A DNA stretch of 64,000 nucleotides from a virus (lineage: Duplodnaviria; Caudoviricetes), in IMG/VR virus record IMGVR_UViG_3300021426_000070, positions 32,001 through 96,000 of that record; one strand, given 5' to 3'. The notes beneath the pieces are model-generated. The model worked only from the letters and a program-made list of their open reading frames with translations, did no database searches and was not told where the DNA came from. Made by a program: the position numbers and the translations under genes. Below, piece after piece: positions 32,423 through 42,111 of this stretch (positions are counted from its first letter, which is position 1; each line of letters opens with the position of its first letter).

Positions 32423-32815
32423 TCATTTCTTATATCTCATCTTTAATCCAAAACTCTCTACAAAAGCCGCAACCTCTGTAACACACGCCTTGCCGAAATT
32501 GTGCCACATCATCATATCCATAATGGTATATTGTATGATATCACCCAACGTGGTAATGCCGTTACTTGTAAAGACGTTCCACACACGCCTCGAGAACTCG
32601 CTTTCTCTGAGCTTACGTTTGAGGATAGCACCCTCTTTAAGCCTTACCCTTATATCCTCGTTACGCTTTTCTTCTGCAGCGTTCTCTACGCCCTTGTAGT
32701 AGAAATCCATAAGGTACTTCACGAGCTCTTTGCGGAAATCATCAGCTATCGAGGCAGCAACGGTCTCAGCCATATCCCTTACCTTACCTATGCTTTCTTT
32801 GCTCTTTTCGTCCAT
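32423..32815 (-). CDS. protein with RNA polymerase alpha-CTD-like domain
   Basis: FSRRVWNVF...GITTLGDI...NFGKACVTEV matches the alpha-CTD pattern (LSVRS.NCL...I..IGDL...NFGKKSL.EI). Confidence 0.7.
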   Translation of the reverse strand: MDEKSKESIGKVRDMAETVAASIADDFRKELVKYLMDFYYKGVENAAEEKRNEDIRVRLKEGAILKRKLRESEFSRRVWNVFTSNGITTLGDIIQYTIMDMMMWHNFGKACVTEVAAFVESFGLKMRYKK

Positions 32816-33852
32816 TTTTCAATCAGTTTATCCATTACAGCCTTAGCATCGAACCCTTTTATCTGCGACAGCTCACCGAACTTACAAAGGTCATCAAAGA
32901 TAGCTTTCGCAATCTTCACACCCTCAGCATGTGCAAAGAACTTGTCGGCAGCATCTAGGAAATCGACTTCTGCCGTCTGCTCACCGATACGCTTGAAGGC
33001 ATCTGTATCACTCTGTTTGACATACCCCATATCAATGATAACCTCTGTTAGCAAAATACGCATACTCACGCCGAACTCGAGCTTTTTGCTCGACACACCC
33101 GACATGGCAGACACTTGCTTTATCTCATGGAGCACATCATTAGCAAAGTCCTTTGAGTGCGCTAAACGCTCTCTCTTAACCTCGTACGGCTCGAATATAT
33201 GGTTGTCATAGACCTCTCTGAGTTTCTTTGTCTCTCTCAACTGCTTATTATTCAGCTCTCGGTCTGTGAGATAGGTACGTATCTCGATGATTGGAGCGTC
33301 CTTCAACATCACACCACGCCCGATAGAGGCTGGCAGACGGACATCAACCTTTACACGCCCTTGCTCGTCAACACCGTTATAACCGAACATATAACCCGAT
33401 ATCACCTCGCAAAAACGCTGTACCATCCAACGGGAACGCATCTCTACACCCAATCGCTGACAGAACCGCAAGAAGAAATGGTTGGTGAAATGTATCACAC
33501 ATTTGTCGTCATTTTTGAAATCGTACATGTTACGACCCACAATGAAAGCACCGACAGACCCGTACGTCTCATAGTAACAGAACGCTACGGGCATAGTGTT
33601 GACACTACCCGCATCTTTGTAGTATTGGCAGCACTCGAAGACCATCCATCTGTTACCCTTCGGAGAGATATACTCTACGATATCAGAAATCTGTGTTTTC
33701 TTTGACTGCCGACATTGGAAAAGGAGCTTGTCACGCATAGCCTCATAGCCTTTGTCGCCATGATACTTCTTTCTCAGCCAAAAGAAGGCTTTCTGCTCTT
33801 CTTCGGTCAACTCGCTTACTATCTGCTTATGTGGTGTTAAGATGCTAATCAT
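32788..33852 (-). CDS. hypothetical protein
   Basis: 354 aa intact ORF. Confidence 0.6.
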   Translation of the reverse strand: MISILTPHKQIVSELTEEEQKAFFWLRKKYHGDKGYEAMRDKLLFQCRQSKKTQISDIVEYISPKGNRWMVFECCQYYKDAGSVNTMPVAFCYYETYGSVGAFIVGRNMYDFKNDDKCVIHFTNHFFLRFCQRLGVEMRSRWMVQRFCEVISGYMFGYNGVDEQGRVKVDVRLPASIGRGVMLKDAPIIEIRTYLTDRELNNKQLRETKKLREVYDNHIFEPYEVKRERLAHSKDFANDVLHEIKQVSAMSGVSSKKLEFGVSMRILLTEVIIDMGYVKQSDTDAFKRIGEQTAEVDFLDAADKFFAHAEGVKIAKAIFDDLCKFGELSQIKGFDAKAVMDKLIEKWTKRAKKA

Positions 33853-33863
33853 AATGTTATTTT

Positions 33864-34301
33864 TTATTTATTACCCGTATGACCGAAACCGCCATCGTTG
33901 CGCTCTGTATCATCAAGGACATCAACGGTTAAGAACTCTGCCTTCTCGTGCTTTGCGATAACCATCTGAGCGATACGCTCACCATTCTCAATAACGAAAT
34001 CCTCGCTAGACAGATTGACGAGTATCACGCCTATCTCACCTCTATAATCGGCATCGATGGTGCCGGGGGCATTAAGAACGGTGATACCTTTCTTTAAAGC
34101 CAACCCGCTACGTGGGCGCACCTGTGCCTCGTAACCCTTTGGCAAAGCGATAAACAATCCCGTTGGAACAAGCTTGCGCTCTAACGGCTTCAACACAATG
34201 GGCTCACTATTGTTTGCCCTCAAATCCATGCCTGCGCTCTGTGCTGTGGCATACGTGGGGAGCGGTTGCCCACCCTTATTCACTACTCTTACTTTTAGCA
34301 T
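33864..34301 (-). CDS. dut: dUTPase (trimeric)
   Basis: [29 protein letters not shown] and GGFGHTG motifs. Confidence 0.96.
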   Translation of the reverse strand: MLKVRVVNKGGQPLPTYATAQSAGMDLRANNSEPIVLKPLERKLVPTGLFIALPKGYEAQVRPRSGLALKKGITVLNAPGTIDADYRGEIGVILVNLSSEDFVIENGERIAQMVIAKHEKAEFLTVDVLDDTERNDGGFGHTGNK

Positions 34302-34445
34302 TATCTTTTTCTTTTAAACACTTCTTATAACCTTCAAGGAAGCCCAACGTCATGATGTGCTTCTCATAATCGGAGAATATAACGCCTATCGCATGCTGTT
34401 GCTGCAGCGCATACTCTTCTATAACCCATTTAGCATTGTCGTAAT

Positions 34446-34796
34446 TCATAATACAATCTTCTCACCTAACTTATACACAACTTGCGCCTTCAGATACTCT
34501 TCACCGTCTTCGACATACGACACGAGTTCGCCATTCTCGTCCTCGAAAAGCTCTATCCACGCCTCTTCAATCTTGCATGTGTACGTATCATGCCCACAAG
34601 CAAACTGAACGATATCATAGTGCCTAGGTTGGAGCTCACCGTTCACCTCTCGCACATACCCGTCTTCGTCCAAATCACAATACTTCTTTTGTGTGTTCGG
34701 GCGAATCTCTCTCTTGTACTCAGTTACAAGTTTCTGTCTGATAGCCTCTAGTGACTGAGGCTTTGTTGCTAACTTTAATATATCCATTTTAACCAC
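34446..34796 (-). CDS. ASCH/PUA-like protein
   Basis: K..EYKREIRP...Y...YD..QF..G pattern resembles ASCH. Confidence 0.5.
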   Translation of the reverse strand: MVKMDILKLATKPQSLEAIRQKLVTEYKREIRPNTQKKYCDLDEDGYVREVNGELQPRHYDIVQFACGHDTYTCKIEEAWIELFEDENGELVSYVEDGEEYLKAQVVYKLGEKIVL

Positions 34797-35457
34797 TTGT
34801 TAATCCTAACGTATTTCTGTTTACGCCACCTTTGGGCACTTCTTTGTTTCTTGCCTTAATCATAGCATCATAGCTCTTGTGGAGCTTTACCTTGTCACCA
34901 TCTACAATAGCCATACTATTATGCTTGCTGATAACCTCACCAAGTGATTTTGGCAATACCATAGCAAAGACATCGGGACGTTCGCTGCCATCCCATCCTT
35001 CAGGAGCGTATTCGTCATTGAACTTCACCCTACCCGTTGCCTTTGCGCCATACCTAGCATACATACTAGCTAGCTTGTCACCATAGCAGTCAAGCTTCTT
35101 GCCACCAAGAGCAACAGCATAAGGAATTAGCTTACCTAGGCTATTTGAACCCTTGACACTAGAGAATACCGACACCACATCACCATTACGTTTGATAGCT
35201 AACCCCGCTTTGCCGTCTGAGGTAAGATACAAACGCATACGCCCATACTCTTTTTCTGTGTGTAAGTCCACCTTCCATCCGTGGGCATTAGCAGCCTTAC
35301 CGCTTGCTATAGCAGCATGAAAAACCTTTGGCGACACTCTGTTAAGAGAAAGGTTGCTGTGCTTGATACCATTTCTCTCTAACTCAGAGTTTACACGGAG
35401 TGATACAGCCCTAGCGTAAATTTGTTCTCTTGTAAAACTACTCATCTTTCTTGTGAC
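34789..35457 (-). CDS. GTC-start protein K (VTRKMSSF...LGLTSG) with GNAT-like core
   Basis: GCCGA-GTC in frame 4 codons before the ATG at 35445; same C-terminal Gly motif; LDCYG...MYARYG is GNAT-like. Confidence 0.65.
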   Translation of the reverse strand, partial: VTRKMSSFTREQIYARAVSLRVNSELERNGIKHSNLSLNRVSPKVFHAAIASGKAANAHGWKVDLHTEKEYGRMRLYLTSDGKAGLAIKRNGDVVSVFSSVKGSNSLGKLIPYAVALGGKKLDCYGDKLASMYARYGAKATGRVKFNDEYAPEGWDGSERPDVFAMVLPKSLGEVISKHNSMAIVDGDKVKLHKSYDAMIKARNKEVPKGGVNRNTLGLTSG

Positions 35458-35462
35458 TCGGC

Positions 35463-35642
35463 TTACATAGTATAATAGTCAGCCCACTCTGTAGGGCTAT
35501 CATAAGTCTTGTTTACATACTCAAGGTAGTTATCATCCATTTTGTCGATAACCGCACGTGCCTCTGTTTCACTATAAACAGACTCGCCCGTAGCTTCATT
35601 CTTTACGGCTATAAGAGCCTTATACAAACCCTCTTTTGTCAT
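35463..35642 (-). CDS. small acidic hypothetical protein (59 aa)
   Basis: ATG-to-TAA ORF below the track cutoff; stop lies 5 nt before the GTC of K. Confidence 0.55.
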   Translation of the reverse strand: MTKEGLYKALIAVKNEATGESVYSETEARAVIDKMDDNYLEYVNKTYDSPTEWADYYTM

Positions 35643-36549
35643 ATTTAATAATTTATTTTGTTATAACCAATATTCTTTCACTTTTTCATTGTTCACTATC
35701 TGTTACGTGCCATTTGCCATCCAAATTCTCAGACAACCACTGACCTTTATAAGCCTTGGTAAACATCTTATCCGCCATAAGGGACGGACTGAGCAATACA
35801 ACAATACCACCCTTTGCCGAACTTAACTTTTTCAGTCCTAGTACACAAGGCAGATTAAACAAGTCCTCTAGACTCTTGAACTCTATCTTTATGCTCTGTA
35901 TATAACCTCTCTTCATTTTGCCTATTTTTAAGCCGCCTACGGGCTTTTACACCCGCAAGCGGTACGTTTTACCACTAATCATCTAAATCCTCGTCTGTGA
36001 GCCCGTAATCGGGGTCATGATGGTCGTAACCCGAAGGATTTGTTCTAAGCCATTCACTGAAATCCATAATCTTATGCAATGTTTATCGTGTTGCCCCCAC
36101 GTCTAAATGTTTTTGCAAAGATACGCATTTATACTTTAATAAACAAGAATTTAGACAAGAAAGTTATCTGATTTAACTTTTATTCAGAATACGCTGCAAT
36201 AATGTGCGTGATTTTAACTTTTCAATCTCGTCACGCAAATTTGCGACCTCTTCTAGCATCTTATCATTCTTAGCTCGGTATTTTTGGCATTTCTCTTCCA
36301 ACAAGTTATTGTTATGCCTAAGAGTGTCATTCTCTCTCTTGAACTTCTCGATATGCTCGGATAGAAAGGAGACTTGTCCTTTTAGGTCTCGCACCGTCTT
36401 TTCAAGTGACTTGATGGCAGCATTATTATAGAGATTATCCATTATGTTGCCTCTTATGACTCTATTTGAGCCGCCTATACTTTCTACTTCTCTTTGTTTC
36501 ATAGTTATTCTATTGCTTTAAAAAGAGAAAAGGGCACTAAGCCCCTTTC

Positions 36550-37071
36550 TTATAGGTTGGTATTAATTACTTCGCCCATGGCGAAATAGAAAAGTAGTGG
36601 TCGGTTCTTCTCACCTCGTGCCTCGAAAGCCGCAAGGTCATCGTCAAGCTCATGACAACCGAACTGCTCTTGTAGCATCTGAACATCTTCTTTGCAAAGA
36701 GCGATAACGCCGTTCTGAATGCACTCGCAATCCAAATGCCATGAATTGTTGTAGTTGTGGAAATGTACGCTGCGGACAATACGCAAAGGAGTGATAATAC
36801 CCGCTTGCAGCATTTCTTGTGTTTCTTTGTCGTTCTTGTGCAGCTCAATGTAGCGGTCAACGTTAGCATCGAACAGACGGCTGCAATAGTGCGGGCTGTA
36901 AGCACGGAACTCTACCGTCTTCTTACCATTCTTGATGTCCTCAGCGTAATTGCGCTTCATAACCAAGTTAAGACTATCTACTGCCGCTGACTTAGGGCAC
37001 TCGGGATGCGCCTTGTAAAAAGCTTCGTAACGCTGCATCCAAGCGTTCATTTCTTTTGCGTTCATACTCAT
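36550..37071 (-). CDS. ASCH domain protein
   Basis: L.MKRNYAEDIKNGKKTVEFRAYS..Y..RL = GxKxxExR ASCH motif; directly downstream of the GAC tRNA. Confidence 0.8.
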   Translation of the reverse strand: MSMNAKEMNAWMQRYEAFYKAHPECPKSAAVDSLNLVMKRNYAEDIKNGKKTVEFRAYSPHYCSRLFDANVDRYIELHKNDKETQEMLQAGIITPLRIVRSVHFHNYNNSWHLDCECIQNGVIALCKEDVQMLQEQFGCHELDDDLAAFEARGEKNRPLLFYFAMGEVINTNL

Positions 37072-37105
37072 TTGTTATTTTATCGTTTATTGAAATTTTT
37101 CAGAG

Positions 37106-37178
37106 TTGCGGCGGGGGAACTCGAATCCCCGACCTCCACCAAGTCAAAGTGGCAAGCTACCATCTGCTCCACGCCGCG
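37106..37178 (-). tRNA. initiator-type tRNA with valine anticodon GAC
   Basis: CGCGGCG-TG-GAGC-AGATGGTA-GCTT-G-CCACT-TTGACTT-GGTGG-AGGTC-GGGGA-TTCGAGT-TCCCC-CGCCGCA-A; C1:A72 mismatch, A11:U24, A73. Confidence 0.88.
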
Positions 37179-37755
37179 ATATTATTCTCTTGTTTATTAT
37201 AAAACTTAAAGTACCTTTACTGCTTATATTATATTCTTGCATTAACTTCTTATATGATACGCCATTTTGATTTTTCTTCTTTATCTCAAGTGCTATTTCG
37301 TCAGAAATCCTATTTTGTGTTTTTACCGCACTTGAAGCGTATTTTGCATTATAAACCCTAACTTCTTTAGGCACGTCCATCATATTTTCTTTATGTGTGC
37401 CAATATCTATATTACTATAGCTATTATCCTTAATATCGTTGTTTAAATGCCTTATTTCTAAATCTTTCTCATATATCTTATTACCAAACTTCTGATACGC
37501 TTGTAATCGATGGATATAAACCTTTATTACCTTCTTTTGGCTAACACGAACACCTAGATACATATAACCTTCTCTACCACAAGTACCTACTTTATTACCT
37601 CGTGGCGAATAGGCTTGTCCGCTTTTGTCAACGTAATAGCCCATTGATTTTGCAATCTCTTCGTAATGACTATACATATCTTTTCTTTTCTCGCTTGCAA
37701 AGATAGCCACTTTATCTGACTTTGGCATATGTTTATCCATTTCTCTCGTTACCAT
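37144..37755 (-). CDS. HNH homing endonuclease
   Basis: YIHRL...EIRHLNND..DN...NI..GTHKEN; its 3' end overlaps the tRNA. Confidence 0.85.
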   Translation of the reverse strand: MVTREMDKHMPKSDKVAIFASEKRKDMYSHYEEIAKSMGYYVDKSGQAYSPRGNKVGTCGREGYMYLGVRVSQKKVIKVYIHRLQAYQKFGNKIYEKDLEIRHLNNDIKDNSYSNIDIGTHKENMMDVPKEVRVYNAKYASSAVKTQNRISDEIALEIKKKNQNGVSYKKLMQEYNISSKGTLSFIINKRIISRRGADGSLPL

Positions 37756-37770
37756 TTATAAAGTGTACCA

Positions 37771-38274
37771 TCAAGCGACCTTTGTTATAATAGTGCGGTA
37801 TGACACGGACTTGATATTACCATCAGCGTCCATCAACCTAATCTTCTCGAGCATATAGTTAAACGAGACGAACTTGTATTCTACGCCATTGCTGACAACC
37901 CTATCGCCTACCTTGATATTACGGAAGCTGTCCTCTTCGAACTGCCGCCAAAACTCATCCTTGTCAAAGCCCTCGACCTCTTCGTCATTGGTATCGTCCC
38001 ACACATCGACATTACCTATTGCATCAATGCCGTCAGCGAAAACATAGCCCGCCTCATAATCTATCCACGTGCCGAAAACATGTTCAAAGTTATCGTCCCG
38101 AAACTCACTAGCATAAGTAACCTCTATATCTATCTGATACCTTACGCCTTCGTACTCTACATAGATGGTAGGGTAGAAATCGAACCCGTCACCGCAGTCA
38201 TAAGAAGACTGCTTATCCATAATCTTCTTATATACCTCTTTATAGAACTCTTGCGTAAAATCAATGTGCTTCAT
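37771..38274 (-). CDS. acidic hypothetical protein
   Basis: Intact ORF. Confidence 0.55.
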   Translation of the reverse strand: MKHIDFTQEFYKEVYKKIMDKQSSYDCGDGFDFYPTIYVEYEGVRYQIDIEVTYASEFRDDNFEHVFGTWIDYEAGYVFADGIDAIGNVDVWDDTNDEEVEGFDKDEFWRQFEEDSFRNIKVGDRVVSNGVEYKFVSFNYMLEKIRLMDADGNIKSVSYRTIITKVA

Positions 38275-38742
38275 ATCGTTGTGCAGTTTTTAATGTGAGT
38301 CATTTATATTGTTACCATCTAGATACCAATCATTCGTCTTCAAAACTTGCTCACCTGTTCTATTCTCACAAACTGCAATCCCACCATCATAAATACCATA
38401 TGTATCTGAACAAGGGTCACATGCAAAATGGATATATACATCATACTCGTCTAATAACGACTTGAGCTTATCTAAAAACTCTCTTTTCTTCTCATTTCTC
38501 ATAACTTTGTGCAGTTTTTAACGTGTGCCTCACGCTCTTAGAGAAAACCACCTATATCTTCACAGACGGGGTGGTTATAAACATTAGTAAAAAATTAACA
38601 AAAAATTAATAAAACTTGTAGATGATGCAAAGGTAAACAAAAAAATTTAACCCCGCAAGTTTTTACGGGGTTTTCTGTTCGACTTTAACGTTTATTAAAC
38701 TATCAACAATCGAACAGCGTGGATGAAAGTGGTTGTTGTTAA

Positions 38743-39177
38743 TCAATCCTCGACAAACTCTAAGTGACACCCTAGGGCTTCACCTATATTGCCTAGTATA
38801 TCTATTGAGACATCATAGCGTCCACACTCAATGCCATCTAGGTTACGCACCTTTATGCCAGTGGACTCTTCAATCTGTTTCAAGGTCTTGCCTTTCATCT
38901 TGCGTGTCATGGCAATGACATCACCAATCATCACCCGATGGAGGTTGCGGTTCTTGTATTTCCGTTCACCGCCTTGTGTGCTGAGGTACGCAATCTCGTA
39001 GTTGCCGACCTTCAGCGCATTTACATTGTCGGGCATTACCTTTGTCTTTGGTGGCATAGGGAAGAACTCGGAAGAGCCGTTGATGAGCTCTATATCCTCA
39101 CCATCACGTGCAGACAGATACTGAGCCAACCGCAGAGCATCGTCATAATACAATTCTGTGTACCTTATCTTTTTCAT
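38743..39177 (-). CDS. XRE-family HTH protein
   Basis: C-terminal IAMTRKMKGKTLKQIEESTGI...IECGRY.VSIDIL..I.EALG; likely start MKKIR. Confidence 0.75.
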   Translation of the reverse strand: MKKIRYTELYYDDALRLAQYLSARDGEDIELINGSSEFFPMPPKTKVMPDNVNALKVGNYEIAYLSTQGGERKYKNRNLHRVMIGDVIAMTRKMKGKTLKQIEESTGIKVRNLDGIECGRYDVSIDILGNIGEALGCHLEFVED

Positions 39178-39264
39178 GCTGCAAATATAATACATTTTCC
39201 TAAATGTAGCAAGCGAAATCAATAAAATATGTTGATTTTGTGAGAAAATAGGTAACTTTGCGGT

Positions 39265-39462
39265 ATGGAAAAGAGTAAATTACTTCGTATTGGAGACGTT
39301 CTTAAAGAGAAGAATATAACAAACAGAGAGTTTGCAAAGCGTTTAGGCAAATCTCCGCAATACACCAACGCCATCATCAAGGAGCGTTCGGGTGCATCAT
39401 TAACCATGCTTGCGACAATGGCGGACACCCTAGGCGTGAACATAAAGGAATTATTCATTTAA
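39265..39462 (+). CDS. XRE/Cro-like HTH regulator
   Basis: IGDVLKEKNIT..EFAKRLG...SLTML..MADTLGV.IKELF; plus-strand promoter TAACTTTG at ~39253. Confidence 0.85.
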   Translation: MEKSKLLRIGDVLKEKNITNREFAKRLGKSPQYTNAIIKERSGASLTMLATMADTLGVNIKELFI

Positions 39463-39473
39463 TTTTTATAGAC

Positions 39474-39770
39474 ATGTGGATAAAAGATACGCAAAAACAA
39501 GAGTACGTTCCGTTTGACACTGAGCACACATCAAAGGTGTTCTTGGACGGAGAAAAAGGTTGGGCGGTCAAACAGAAAGACGGCTCAGTCATTCATGTAA
39601 CAAAAGAGCAGTATGAAAAGCAGTTGCTCCGTGAGCTCGACCCCGATGCTTATTGGAAAATCAGAAACATCGAGGATGTGGCAAAGGGGCTTACCGATGA
39701 AGAAACTGCAAAAGTGAAGAAACTCTTAAAGCAGATTGAAAAGTCGAAAAAGAAAGAGGAGGATGATTAA
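39474..39770 (+). CDS. hypothetical protein
   Basis: Co-oriented with the HTH gene. Confidence 0.6.
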   Translation: MWIKDTQKQEYVPFDTEHTSKVFLDGEKGWAVKQKDGSVIHVTKEQYEKQLLRELDPDAYWKIRNIEDVAKGLTDEETAKVKKLLKQIEKSKKKEEDD

Positions 39771-40589
39771 TCCCCCTCTTTTTCATTCTTCAGAAGCTCG
39801 ATGGCAACGGCTCTGAGATAAGCATCACCCGCCTTAATCTGTTCTTCTTCCGATAGGTCTTTCACTTGCTGAAGCCTTTCTTTCCACTTTGGATAGATAT
39901 TCTTCTCTGCAACCAACACGGCTTTTACGACACTCATGAAATGTGCAATTCTCTCTTCATTCATCGTCTTTCTTGTTTAAATAATCCAACATATCGCTTA
40001 TTATCAAATCAACGCTGTTACGGAAACTCTGATAGGTGGAATAGAAAAAAAGAGCGGTCTTGTAGTCACGTGAAACGCCCGTTGGCGTACATCCTACTAT
40101 TGTCGATACACTCTCCCTAAGCCTATGCCTCATCACCTCACCGACCAATGTAGCGGGTGAGAAGATATACAATATAGCATAAAGGAACTTCTTTCGGTTG
40201 TTTGTATCGTTAGGCTCTGCCGTAGGGTCTTGCTTCCTTATGGAAAGACAGAAGACATCATACAGATTGCCTATCATGCCCATGTTCTGCGCAAAGGGTT
40301 CTGACAGCTCACGCTCCTTCTCCCTCAGCGCATCCATCTGCGCATGCACCTCTCTTAACCTCTCTACCTTACTCATTCTTTGCTCGCTTGAAATAAACGT
40401 CTCCTAACACTTCCCTAAACGTAGCACATGGCACATTGCCGCTGAATTGGTTATCATCGGCATAGTCATCACACAGATAGTTCAATGAACACTCGTCACA
40501 CTTCGAATAGTCATCATTAAGCACCACCTTATGCTCAACACCCTCGATAACTATCACGTTTTTCTTATTCAACCGCCTTGCCATTGTCT

Positions 40590-41345
40590 TTAAGCTCTTT
40601 GTTTGCGTTTCTTCTCTTCTTCCTCTTCCACGAGCTCGTTATAAGCTGCAGTAATGTTCTTTTCTATCCTATCATAATCGAGTAGCTTGGTGTCTATGGC
40701 TTTCAATGCCTCTTGACATTTCACGCACTCGGATAAGTTCACATCACTCTCTTGCTTGTCTTTCTCGAAAAGCTCGGTAAACATCATATTCCATTTCAGC
40801 AATGCCGACTTAGGACAGAACATAGTGTATAGCGGTGAGAAGTCACGCCCAAATTTCCCTCTCAGCTCTTTCATCAGCGTGTCGTACGAATTGATGCAAT
40901 ATTCCAAAAGGACTAACGAGGTATTGACATGTGCGTACAACTCTGCCTCTTTGACATTATGCGCCTCGAGCTCTTCTTTCATACTATCACGGAACGCCTT
41001 GCAGTCCGCCTCTACATCTATACAGCAATTGGTTGAATAATTCTCGAAGAGCTGCCTATTACCATACCGCAAGATAATATTAATCGTATCATTCAGCTCC
41101 TTTCTCGCCTCCTTAGCCAAACGCTTAATCTTGTGCTTGAATACATCTAGTCTCGTGTAGAAAACCTCGAAACACTCGGATATTGCCGTAGATGCCACCT
41201 CGCAGTTCACATAACAGCAATACATCAGCAACTTCTCCGACCAACGTAATTGCTCTTGCAGCTCTTTGACCGCCTCTTGCTCATTCTTCAAGCCGATAGG
41301 AAAACTATACTTACGCCCATTATAATTAACAACTACACTTCTCAT
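40590..41345 (-). CDS. hypothetical helical protein
   Basis: Intact ORF. Confidence 0.55.
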   Translation of the reverse strand: MRSVVVNYNGRKYSFPIGLKNEQEAVKELQEQLRWSEKLLMYCCYVNCEVASTAISECFEVFYTRLDVFKHKIKRLAKEARKELNDTINIILRYGNRQLFENYSTNCCIDVEADCKAFRDSMKEELEAHNVKEAELYAHVNTSLVLLEYCINSYDTLMKELRGKFGRDFSPLYTMFCPKSALLKWNMMFTELFEKDKQESDVNLSECVKCQEALKAIDTKLLDYDRIEKNITAAYNELVEEEEEKKRKQRA

Positions 41346-41781
41346 TTCTCTAACTCAAAATTTTGGTTGACTTCACTTACAGAAAAGACACGGTCTGCCA
41401 CCCCACTTGACTCCACTAACACGCCCCTTGCGTATGTGTCCTTTGACGTACAGACATTGACAAAACCTTTAATGCGATAGGAACGCTTCACTTCTTTTTT
41501 CGCACATAAGCCGTCAATATAGGACTCCACCGTTTCTATGCACGTCACATGGTCGCCAACCTTGAACTTACACTTGTCATTACCGCCGTAAAAACGCATT
41601 TTCGACAATGCTGTCGCTATATACTCCTGTGCCCTTATGATGTTCTCGTCATTGCCGCCTTTAAGGTCTGAGCATGCAAAGAAATTGGCAATGGGCACAC
41701 CCTCATCAATGTGCCTCATCACCTCATAGATAAACATCTTCAAGTGAGCTACCTCTGTTACTATCGTTATATCCTCAATCG

Positions 41782-42003
41782 TCATACCTCAACAAGCTTT
41801 ACTAAATCACCAACAGTCTTAACGTTACGGGCATCATCGGGAATATCCATCTTGAAGACGGTTTCCAACTCAATGATAATCTCGAGCATATCGAATGAAT
41901 CCACACCCAAATCATCTTGCAACGTGGTATCATCGTTCAGCTCGTCCGTCTCGACATACATTTTGTCCGCTATGATACTATACACTTGGTCTCTTCTATT
42001 CAT
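41782..42003 (-). CDS. acpP: acyl carrier protein
   Basis: DDLGVDSFDMLEIIIELE..F.MDIPDD....KTVGD; phosphopantetheine-accepting Ser. Confidence 0.9.
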   Translation of the reverse strand: MNRRDQVYSIIADKMYVETDELNDDTTLQDDLGVDSFDMLEIIIELETVFKMDIPDDARNVKTVGDLVKLVEV

Positions 42004-42111
42004 GCCTTACATCTGTATTTTGTTTGTTAAAAATCTTCTTCCACACGTTTGCATCGACCTCTTTCTGACAACATACCATTGTGATAATGTTGCCCCACCA
42101 ATCCTTTGTAA

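Noticed and set aside
32501-33705. Long plus-strand ORFs (also 54146-54853, 51806-52336 and others)
   Set aside because: They are antisense shadows of well-supported minus-strand genes and have no recognisable motifs.
37106-37178. Ordinary elongator tRNA-Val(GAC)
   Set aside because: Elongator tRNA-Val has a paired 1:72 position and a pyrimidine11:purine24 pair; this gene has C1:A72 and A11:U24 and an fMet-like acceptor sequence.
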